This document shows, one piece after another, positions 1-7,957 of a stretch of DNA of 64,000 nt. The notes beneath the pieces are model-generated. The model saw nothing but the letters and a program-made list of their open reading frames with translations. It did no database searches and was not told the origin of the DNA. Origin of the DNA: Culturomica sp. (GTDB lineage Bacteria > Bacteroidota > Bacteroidia > Bacteroidales > Marinifilaceae); contig JAISVB010000075.1 of NCBI GenBank assembly GCA_031271755.1, forward strand, positions 14,955-78,954, written 5' to 3'. The number at the start of each line of letters is the position of its first letter. Position 1 is the first letter of the stretch. A program made the translations under genes and the position numbers.

Positions 1-305
1 ATCGCATCGAAACACTTGCAAAAGCCATTGCTCCGGATGCCGAATTGGATTATGTGGGCATTCGTCCGGGCGAAAAGCTGCACGAAGAGATGATCACCGA
101 AAGCGATTCCTACAACACCATCGAATTCGATCAATACTATGCCATATTGCCTTCCGGAGCCAATACGGATAAATTTACGGATCATTATCGGGCGAAAATG
201 GTTACGCCGGGATTCAGGTACAATTCGGGCACCAATACACAATGGGAAACGGTAGAGACCCTGAGAGAAAAGATACGAAAATACGTGGATGCCGATTTCA
301 ATTGA
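1..305 (+). CDS. pseB: UDP-N-acetylglucosamine 4,6-dehydratase (inverting), C-terminal fragment; the 5' end lies upstream of the window (codon phase starts at nt 3)
   Basis: The frame is open from the window edge. The C-terminal ...DYVGIRPGEKLHEEM... is typical of PseB/FlaA1/CapD-type SDR dehydratases. It directly precedes pseC-pseF-pseG-pseI. Confidence 0.75.
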   Translation, partial: RIETLAKAIAPDAELDYVGIRPGEKLHEEMITESDSYNTIEFDQYYAILPSGANTDKFTDHYRAKMVTPGFRYNSGTNTQWETVETLREKIRKYVDADFN

Positions 306-333
306 AACGACCATACAGAGAAAAATACAACGC

Positions 334-1479
334 ATGAAACCCATTTTTTACGGAAGACACTATATAGCCGAGGAGGACATACAGGCCGTTCACGATACCC
401 TGCTGTCGGATTTCCTGGCACAGGGGCCCCGGGTAGAGGAGTTTGAAACGAAGTTTGCTGCTTATGTCGGAGCAAAATACGCGGTAGCCGTGATGAATGG
501 AACGGCTGCCCTTCACTTGTCCGCTCTGGTGTTGGGGGTGAATGAAAAAAGTAAAGTGATCACAACCCCCATTACCTTTGCAGCTTCGGCAAACTGCATC
601 CGTTATTGCGGCGGAGAGGTCGTTTTTTCCGATATCGATCCGCAAACCGCCCTGATCGACATCCCGGCCGTTGAAAAATTAGTGCAACAGGCCCCGGCCG
701 GCACCTATCAGGGAATTATCCCCGTTGATTTCGCGGGCTATCCGGTCGATATGGAGCATTTACGCAAAGTTGCCGATACATACGGGTTGTGGATCATCGA
801 AGACGCCTGTCATGCCCCCGGGGGCTATTTCGTCGATTCTTCGGGTACAAAACAGTTGTGTGGAAATGGAAAGTTTTCGGACCTGACCGTTTTCTCTTTT
901 CATCCGGTCAAACACATCACGACCGGGGAAGGCGGTATGATCACGACCAACAACGAATCTTTGTACCGGAAACTACTCCTGCTGCGTTCGCATGGAATTA
1001 CAAAAGAGCCGGATCTGATGAGCCGGAACGACGGAGGCTGGTACTACGAAATGCAGACGCTCGGACACAATTACCGGCTTCCCGAAATGAATGCAGCCCT
1101 TGGAATTTCACAACTGAAACGGGCGGAAGCAGGGATAAAACGGCGACTGGAAATCGCCAAACGGTACGATGAGGCTTTTGAGGGTGTTGTTGAATCCATC
1201 AAACCTTCCGGATCCGTCGGACATGCCTATCATTTATACATTCTCAAAGTATCCGGCCGGAAAAAGGTATATGATACATTAAGGGAAAAAGGGATCTTTA
1301 CCCAAATCCATTACATTCCCGTCCATACATTGCCCTATTACCGGTCGTTGGGATACAAAACGGGAAGTTTGCCTCATGCGGAACAGTATTACCGGCAATG
1401 TCTGAGTATTCCGATGTACCCGAGCATGACGGACGAACAGGTGGAATATGTGATCCGGACCATTAAAGAGGTTGTGTGA
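334..1479 (+). CDS. pseC: UDP-4-amino-4,6-dideoxy-N-acetyl-beta-L-altrosamine transaminase (DegT/DnrJ/EryC1 PLP aminotransferase)
   Basis: Aminotransferase motifs are present (AALHLS, IEDACHA, FSFHPVKHITTGEGG with the PLP lysine). I chose ATG 334 (MKPIFYGRHYI...) because the ORF-track start at 289 overlaps pseB. Operon context supports the call. Confidence 0.85.
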   Translation: MKPIFYGRHYIAEEDIQAVHDTLLSDFLAQGPRVEEFETKFAAYVGAKYAVAVMNGTAALHLSALVLGVNEKSKVITTPITFAASANCIRYCGGEVVFSDIDPQTALIDIPAVEKLVQQAPAGTYQGIIPVDFAGYPVDMEHLRKVADTYGLWIIEDACHAPGGYFVDSSGTKQLCGNGKFSDLTVFSFHPVKHITTGEGGMITTNNESLYRKLLLLRSHGITKEPDLMSRNDGGWYYEMQTLGHNYRLPEMNAALGISQLKRAEAGIKRRLEIAKRYDEAFEGVVESIKPSGSVGHAYHLYILKVSGRKKVYDTLREKGIFTQIHYIPVHTLPYYRSLGYKTGSLPHAEQYYRQCLSIPMYPSMTDEQVEYVIRTIKEVV

Positions 1480-2171
1480 TGAAGCGTATCGCCATCATTC
1501 CGGCCCGTGGCGGAAGCAAACGCATTCCGAAAAAGAACATCAAACCGTTTCTGGGTAAGCCGGTCATAGCCTACTCGATCGAAGCGGCGGCTGCTTCCGG
1601 ACTGTTCGATGAGGTAATGGTTTCGACGGACGATGCGGAAATTGCAAGGGTAGCCGAACAATACGGCGCCCGTATCCCTTTTTTGCGCAGTGAAGCTGCA
1701 TCGTCCGATGTGGCGACGACCGCAGATGCTTTGATCGAAGTTATTCACGGCTATGAAAAAATGGGTCGGCGTTTCGACCATGCCTGCTGCCTCTATCCTA
1801 CGGCCGTTTTTGTGACGCCGGAGAAACTGAAAGAAGCCTTCGCCCTTCTGGTGCAAAAAAACTACCTGTCGGTGTTCCCGGTCATGCCGTTCGGTTATCC
1901 GGTGTGGCGCTCGTTGAAAAATGAAGACGGAAAACTGAGCATGAATTATCCGGAATACCTGCATGCACGTTCACAGGATTTGCCGGCAGCTTACCACGAT
2001 GCCGGCCAGTTCTACTTTTTTAAAACGGAGGTCTTATTCCGGGAAAAGACATTGTTTACCTCCAATTCGGGAGGGATCATCCTGAGTGAACTTGAAGGGC
2101 AGGATATAGACAACGAAACCGATTGGCAATTGGCGGAACTCAAGTACCAACTCGTGCACAAAAATGGCTAA
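1479..2171 (+). CDS. pseF: Pseudaminic acid cytidylyltransferase (acylneuraminate cytidylyltransferase family)
   Basis: The N-terminus MKRIAIIPARGGSKRIPKKNIK matches the CMP-nonulosonate synthetase fold. ATG 1479 overlaps the pseC stop (TGATG). Confidence 0.8.
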   Translation: MKRIAIIPARGGSKRIPKKNIKPFLGKPVIAYSIEAAAASGLFDEVMVSTDDAEIARVAEQYGARIPFLRSEAASSDVATTADALIEVIHGYEKMGRRFDHACCLYPTAVFVTPEKLKEAFALLVQKNYLSVFPVMPFGYPVWRSLKNEDGKLSMNYPEYLHARSQDLPAAYHDAGQFYFFKTEVLFREKTLFTSNSGGIILSELEGQDIDNETDWQLAELKYQLVHKNG

Positions 2172-3600
2172 ACCCATTGTATATATTCGAGCCGACGGCA
2201 ATTCGGAGATCGGCTTGGGTCATGTGATCCGGAGTCTTGCTTTGGCAGAGATGCTGAAAGAGGAGTTCGATTGCATTTTCGCCACTCGTTTTTTAACGGA
2301 TTATATGGACACGGAAGCGCGCAAAGTTTGTCATGAGGTGATCGAACTGCCCGGATCCGATGAGCATTTTGACGCATTTCTATCGCTTCTTTCGGGCGGC
2401 GAGATCGTGGTTTTAGACAATTATTTTTACGATACGGATTACCAGCGAGCCATCAAAAACAAAGGCTGCAAATTGGTCTGCATCGACGATATGCACCATA
2501 AGCATTTTGTGGCGGATGTCGTCATCAATCATGCAGGCGGCATTCCGAAAGAAGCCTATTCCATTGCTCCGTACTCCTGTCTGTTCTTAGGGCCGGATTA
2601 CGCTTTACTGAGGCCTGAATTTTTACACCGGACCGAAAAGGACGGGGCATCGTCTTTACTGGTCTGCTTAGGCGGCGCTGATAAAGAGAATGCTACGCTG
2701 CAAATTTTAAAATTATTGGAAGACAAACAGTTTCCACATCCATGCTGTGTGGTGATCGGGGATGCATTCGGGCACCGGCCGGATTTGATAGAGTTTCAGC
2801 GATCTTCCCGGTTGAACATCGAAATTTTCAACACTCTTTCGGCACAGGAAATGGCCGATACCATGTCCGGATGCAGGTATGCCGTTTGTTCGCCCAGTAC
2901 GGTGTCTTATGAGTATCTGTCCAAAAAAGGAGGCGAGTTATACTTAAAGAAAACAGCAGATAATCAAAAAGACATCTATGCATTTTGCACAAAGAACGGC
3001 ATTGCTTTCGATGTTGCCGACATGTTTATCAACGATCCGTTCGTTGTGCAGCAAAGCATCGAAATACAACGAAACTATTTTGACGGGCGATCGGGATCCC
3101 GGATCAGGTCTATTTTTAAAAAGCTACATAACGAACGTCAATTACGACTGAGAAAAGCCCGTCCGGCCGATTGCGATCTGTATTTTCACTGGGCGAATGA
3201 TCCCGATGAACGAAAAAATGCCCTCTCACCGGCGCAAATCGACTACAACGAGCATTGCGTATGGTTTGCAAAAAAGGCAGCATCAAAAGATACCTGTCTT
3301 TGGGTGTTGGAACAGGGTGAAACACCGGTCGGACAAATACGTTTCGACATAGACAGGATCCTGAAGGAGGCAACCGTCAGTTATTTTGTTGCTGCAGAAA
3401 ACAGAGGCAAAGGCATAGGGCTTTCTGTGGTAAAAATGGGATTGGAATTATTTCTTAAAACGGAAAAAGAGGTGCCTGTTATAAATGCCGTTGTCAAATC
3501 AACGAATCAGGTTTCCCGAAAAATTTTTGACCGTTTGGGTTTTCAGGTACATGGGGATAAAAACGATTTTCTATATTACAAAGCTACGGAGCGTATATGA
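2164..3600 (+). CDS. pseG: Fusion protein: UDP-2,4-diacetamido-2,4,6-trideoxy-beta-L-altropyranose hydrolase (PseG-like N-terminal ~320 aa) plus GNAT N-acetyltransferase (PseH-like C-terminal ~155 aa)
   Basis: The N-terminus IRADGNSEIGLGHVIRSLALAEML is the PseG/GT28-like signature. The C-terminus LRLRKARPADCDLYFHWANDP...NRGKGIG... is a GNAT acetyl-CoA site. It overlaps pseF by 8 nt and pseI by ATGA. Confidence 0.75.
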   Translation: MAKPIVYIRADGNSEIGLGHVIRSLALAEMLKEEFDCIFATRFLTDYMDTEARKVCHEVIELPGSDEHFDAFLSLLSGGEIVVLDNYFYDTDYQRAIKNKGCKLVCIDDMHHKHFVADVVINHAGGIPKEAYSIAPYSCLFLGPDYALLRPEFLHRTEKDGASSLLVCLGGADKENATLQILKLLEDKQFPHPCCVVIGDAFGHRPDLIEFQRSSRLNIEIFNTLSAQEMADTMSGCRYAVCSPSTVSYEYLSKKGGELYLKKTADNQKDIYAFCTKNGIAFDVADMFINDPFVVQQSIEIQRNYFDGRSGSRIRSIFKKLHNERQLRLRKARPADCDLYFHWANDPDERKNALSPAQIDYNEHCVWFAKKAASKDTCLWVLEQGETPVGQIRFDIDRILKEATVSYFVAAENRGKGIGLSVVKMGLELFLKTEKEVPVINAVVKSTNQVSRKIFDRLGFQVHGDKNDFLYYKATERI

Positions 3601-4613
3601 ATACTGTTTGTCCTTTCATCATCGCCGAAATGTCCGGCAATCACAACCAAAGTCTTGAACGGGCTTTGGCCATTGTAGATGCTGCCGCGGAATCCGGCGT
3701 TCAGGCGTTAAAGTTACAGACCTATACCGCCGATACGATGACTATGCCCGGCGTATATACCATTCACGACCCCAAATCATTGTGGAACGGACGCGGCCTG
3801 TACGACCTGTATCAGGAAGCCCATACGCCGTGGGAGTGGCACAAGCCTGTTTACGACCGGGCAAAAGAGAAAGGATTGATCTGTTTCTCCACCCCTTTCG
3901 ACGAAACCGCCGTCGATTTTCTGGAAACATTGGACAATCCCATCTACAAGATCGCCTCGTTCGAAGTCAACCACATTCCGCTGCTCAAATACGTAGCCCG
4001 AACGGGAAAGCCGGTGATCCTGTCGACCGGTGCTTCTACGTTGGCAGAGATCGAAGAAGCGGTGAATACCTTGCGGGAAAACGGTTGCACGGATTTGACC
4101 TTGCTGAAATGTACCAGCACCTATCCGGCTACACCGGAAAACACCAATCTGCTCACGATCCCGCATTTGAAACAGTTGTTCGATTGTAAGGTCGGCCTTT
4201 CCGACCACACGTTAGGAATAGGTGTTTCCGTCGCATCCGTTGCTTTGGGCGCAACGGTCATTGAAAAGCATTTTAGTTTGAGCCGCGCCGAAGGCGGTGT
4301 CGACAGCGCTTTCTCCATGGAGCCGCAAGAGATGAAAATGTTGGTGGAAGAGGTGAATCGCGCTTATTTGGCACTGGGGAAGGTATCGCACGACGTATTG
4401 GAAGCGGAAAAAAACAGCCGGATCTTTAAGCGTTCCGTTTATGCCTCCAAAGAGATAAAAGCAGGAGAAGTGTTTACGAAAGAGAATGTAAAAGTGATAC
4501 GGCCGGCGGATGGATTACATCCCAGGTATTTCTTCGATATATTGGGTAAAAAAGCGAAAGCAGATATAACAAAGGGAAAGCCTTTAAGTTGGGATTTAAT
4601 TAATACGATATGA
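3597..4613 (+). CDS. pseI: Pseudaminic acid synthase (NeuB family nonulosonate synthase with C-terminal SAF domain)
   Basis: FIIAEMSGNHNQSLERAL...LKLQTY...LSDHTLG motifs belong to NeuB/PseI. Size is 338 aa. Operon context supports the call. Confidence 0.88.
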   Translation: MNTVCPFIIAEMSGNHNQSLERALAIVDAAAESGVQALKLQTYTADTMTMPGVYTIHDPKSLWNGRGLYDLYQEAHTPWEWHKPVYDRAKEKGLICFSTPFDETAVDFLETLDNPIYKIASFEVNHIPLLKYVARTGKPVILSTGASTLAEIEEAVNTLRENGCTDLTLLKCTSTYPATPENTNLLTIPHLKQLFDCKVGLSDHTLGIGVSVASVALGATVIEKHFSLSRAEGGVDSAFSMEPQEMKMLVEEVNRAYLALGKVSHDVLEAEKNSRIFKRSVYASKEIKAGEVFTKENVKVIRPADGLHPRYFFDILGKKAKADITKGKPLSWDLINTI

Positions 4614-5581
4614 CGGCAGAGGTATACCTGTGTAAAATATGTGACAGTTCTGATACGGAAATAGTATTTGTGAATGAGAAAATGTTTGGTACGGAGAAAC
4701 CTTTCAAATACATCAAGTGTTCTGCATGCGGTTGTCTTCAATTAGCAGAGAATATATCGGATATGTCGGAATTTTATGCTTCGGATTATTATTCGTTTTC
4801 CAGACGGCAGAGTTTTACCGGTAAGATCAAGTCTTTTTTTGAGGATCATCTTTTAAAACATGTGGCGCTGTCGAAAATGGGCATAACCGATCCGATAGGA
4901 AGAATAGCCGCCCGATTTAAAGAGTATTACGAATACTATTTCACGTGGATCTCCAAACTTCATTTGAATAAAGAGTCGCAGATTCTTGATGTTGGCTGCG
5001 GTTCGGGAATTTTGTTAAAAAGACTTTCTCTATTGGGGTATAAGAATCTACATGGGGCGGATCCTTTTATTGAAAAAGATATTGTAGAGCGCAATTATAA
5101 AGTTGACAAGAAGAGTCTATACGATCTGACGGGTGAATATGACCTGATCATGCTTCATCACTCTTTTGAACACATGGATTTGCCCCACGAAGTCTTGGAA
5201 TGTTTGAAAAAGCGGTTGAAATCCGGCGGTACCGTTTTGATTCGTATACCTGTCATTGATTCGTACGCCTTTGAGGAGTACGGAATGGATTGGTTTCAAT
5301 TGGATGCTCCGAGACATTTGTTCCTGCACACAAGGAAAAGCATAGAGTATTTATTAAATTTACACGGATTGCATGTTGAAAGTGTGATAAATGATTCGAC
5401 GAGCAATCAGTTTCTGTATTCGGAAAGATACCGGTACGGATACGGATTACATGATACCAGGTATAATTTCTCGGGGAAACGATCGAAATATTTACGAAAA
5501 TTGACCAAACAATTAAATGAATCGGATCGGGGCGATCAGATTTGTTTGATTATTAAGAAAGATAGAAATTGCTCCCGATAA
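4610..5581 (+). CDS. Class I SAM-dependent methyltransferase with an N-terminal CxxC...CxxC zinc ribbon
   Basis: C8-x2-C11 and C37-x2-C40 pairs sit at the N-terminus. The SAM motif I is LDVGCGSGILL. The start ATG overlaps the pseI stop (ATGA at 4610-4613). Confidence 0.8.
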   Translation: MTAEVYLCKICDSSDTEIVFVNEKMFGTEKPFKYIKCSACGCLQLAENISDMSEFYASDYYSFSRRQSFTGKIKSFFEDHLLKHVALSKMGITDPIGRIAARFKEYYEYYFTWISKLHLNKESQILDVGCGSGILLKRLSLLGYKNLHGADPFIEKDIVERNYKVDKKSLYDLTGEYDLIMLHHSFEHMDLPHEVLECLKKRLKSGGTVLIRIPVIDSYAFEEYGMDWFQLDAPRHLFLHTRKSIEYLLNLHGLHVESVINDSTSNQFLYSERYRYGYGLHDTRYNFSGKRSKYLRKLTKQLNESDRGDQICLIIKKDRNCSR

Positions 5582-5593
5582 CGTAACGAATCA

Positions 5594-6910
5594 ATGGATT
5601 TCGATATAGATCGATTTTTTGAAATGGAGAGGAAGCACTCTCTTTTTGATGATCTGTCCGCAGAGGGTTTTCCGTTGTGGGATGTGATCAGGTACAAGGC
5701 CGTTATTCTGGCATTTTATCGACCTTCGTTGGGTAAAAAAATGGATTATTCTTTTAAAAATCTGTGTTTTGTTTTGCCCCTTTTGATAAAATCCGCCTTT
5801 TCGTTCCTCTTCAACAAAAAAAACAACATCTTTTTCTCATTTTCCCGGTATAAAAATGAATCGGGAAAATTCTATGACAAATCCCAACAGGAAATGATAG
5901 AGGTGTTGTCGAAAGACAGTCTGATCGTCGAAGATATAAAACCGTCGTTACCATACCAAAACAGGATCGAATTTGATTTTGTAAGATGCTATAAATTGCT
6001 TTTTAGGAGAAAAGCCGTTTTGCCGTTGGATTTTTATACAAAAGTGAGCAGGGCTTTTGAGGAGAGTTTTGGGGTGGATGGTTTTTCTTATGCGGAATTA
6101 AATGAAGAATATACTCAATTCCTTCAGGAATACAGATACTATCGGTTTTATTTTAAGTGGAAAAACCCCAAGAGGATCTTTTATATATCCAAAGATATTT
6201 ATAAAGGCCGGCTTTTAGCAGCTAAATCGTTGGGAATAAAAACATACGAAACACAGCACGGGAGTTTGACCCGGGAAACATTCGGTTTTTCCTATCCGGA
6301 TTTTATCACCGGAAAATCCCACATCATTGTGCCGGACTATTATTTGACGATGGGCAAATTTTGGAACGATCAATTGCACAACCCCACAACCTTTGCCTCT
6401 GTCGGGAACGATTACTATGCAGATAAAATGGAAAATATACCTGAGGACGGAAGTATACTCATCGTATCTTCCCAACTGCATGTCGAGCAATTGGCAAGTT
6501 TGGCGGTAGAATTAGCCAAACAGTATCCGTCTCTTACAATTATATACAAAACCCGGCCTTCCGAATCGTTTTGTCACGAGCGTTTGCAGCAACTGTTTTT
6601 ACCCTATTCAACCATCCGGCTCATCAACAACGAAGTCGACATAAAAACATTGCTTCATCGTTCGACGTTGGCGGTCATGATCTATTCTACGGTTTTTTTC
6701 GAAGCGCTTCACTTTGGGACAAAAATTGCGATCTATAAGGCATGTGATTATAAGCATCTCTCCGACTATTTCAGTTTGCCAAATGTCTATCTTTTTGAAA
6801 GTATCCGGGAGCTGCATGCTATTTATTTAAAAGAAAAGGTTGTTTCGAATATTTCTGTTTATGAAAAATTTGACAGGCATGCCTTTGAATCGCTAATATC
6901 TCGGGAGTAG
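5594..6910 (+). CDS. Hypothetical protein, 438 aa, with no motif I can assign confidently; possibly a two-Rossmann (GT-B-like) sugar transferase
   Basis: It is a long clean ORF on the operon strand, 12 nt after the methyltransferase and 3 nt before the next gene. It is AT-rich. Alternating beta-alpha-like segments surround ...KTYETQHG... and ...LIVSSQ...IIYKTRPSE... Confidence 0.6.
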   Translation: MDFDIDRFFEMERKHSLFDDLSAEGFPLWDVIRYKAVILAFYRPSLGKKMDYSFKNLCFVLPLLIKSAFSFLFNKKNNIFFSFSRYKNESGKFYDKSQQEMIEVLSKDSLIVEDIKPSLPYQNRIEFDFVRCYKLLFRRKAVLPLDFYTKVSRAFEESFGVDGFSYAELNEEYTQFLQEYRYYRFYFKWKNPKRIFYISKDIYKGRLLAAKSLGIKTYETQHGSLTRETFGFSYPDFITGKSHIIVPDYYLTMGKFWNDQLHNPTTFASVGNDYYADKMENIPEDGSILIVSSQLHVEQLASLAVELAKQYPSLTIIYKTRPSESFCHERLQQLFLPYSTIRLINNEVDIKTLLHRSTLAVMIYSTVFFEALHFGTKIAIYKACDYKHLSDYFSLPNVYLFESIRELHAIYLKEKVVSNISVYEKFDRHAFESLISRE

Positions 6911-6913
6911 CAT

Positions 6914-7957
6914 ATGAAGGTTTTGATTATTTCAACTGCATTTTTCGGCTATCAGGATAGTGTGGCGAGCGCTTTTGCAAACTTGGGGCATCAGGTAGTG
7001 ATCGAAACATACGACAGTCCGATACACCCTTTCAGGGGGTTGTTGAAATGGCGTCACAAATTCTCGTGCAACAAGGTTAAACTGAGAAAAAGAGCCGCTG
7101 ATAAATACAACAAATATATCATCGGCAGATTCGACCGGATACGTCCGGATCTGGTTTTTATCTTGAATGGTGAGATTTTACATGCCCAAACACTGGACAC
7201 TTTCAGGAAGCAAAGCAAAGTAGCTGTTTGGATGTACGACGCACTGTCCCGTTATCCGGATTGCCGGGAACACATAGACCATGTCGATGCGTTTTTTTGC
7301 TACGAATGCGAAGACGTAAAAAGTTTATCGGAAGAGGGGAAAAAAGCCTGGTTCCTGCCGCAAGCCTGTGATGAGAGTGTCTATTACATCGTAGAAGGTG
7401 AAAAGGAACTGGATATTCTTTTTGTCGGGAACCTTTATAAGTACTACAGAAGAGTCCGGTATATCAAGAGGGTGATCGAAAGGTTCCGGGATAAAAAAAT
7501 AACGGTATACGGCGTGTATAAACCGTATTATAAAAATACGCTGAAATGGCTGTTTCGGGAGAAGAGAAGTATATTTAAAAATAAAAATATTCCGCCTTCG
7601 GAAGTAAACCGGTTGTACAATAAAGCCCGAGTGGTGTTGAACATTCACCACGAAACACAACAAAATGGAGCCAATCCCAAAGTATATGAAATTTGCGGGT
7701 CAGGCGCTTACCAGATTTGTGATGCCAATCCATACATAGAGTCGATCTTTCCGCACGGTGAGGTTGGATTGTATCACAACGAAGAGGAGTTAATAGCCCT
7801 TATCGATCGTGCCCTGACGCATGATCAGTGTGAAAATGCAAAAAAAGCGCACGAAATCATCTATCGCGAGCATACTTTTTTGCATCGAATAGAAAATGTG
7901 TTGAAAATCATGGGATCACAAGGTAAGATCGAATTAAAAGATACTGTTTATGCATAA
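6914..7957 (+). CDS. CgeB-family / GT1-like glycosyltransferase
   Basis: The C-terminal half (ILFVGNLY...VLNIHH...NPKVYEICGSGAYQICD...) resembles the CgeB/Glyco_trans_1_2-type domain. It sits inside the polysaccharide locus. Confidence 0.6.
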   Translation: MKVLIISTAFFGYQDSVASAFANLGHQVVIETYDSPIHPFRGLLKWRHKFSCNKVKLRKRAADKYNKYIIGRFDRIRPDLVFILNGEILHAQTLDTFRKQSKVAVWMYDALSRYPDCREHIDHVDAFFCYECEDVKSLSEEGKKAWFLPQACDESVYYIVEGEKELDILFVGNLYKYYRRVRYIKRVIERFRDKKITVYGVYKPYYKNTLKWLFREKRSIFKNKNIPPSEVNRLYNKARVVLNIHHETQQNGANPKVYEICGSGAYQICDANPYIESIFPHGEVGLYHNEEELIALIDRALTHDQCENAKKAHEIIYREHTFLHRIENVLKIMGSQGKIELKDTVYA

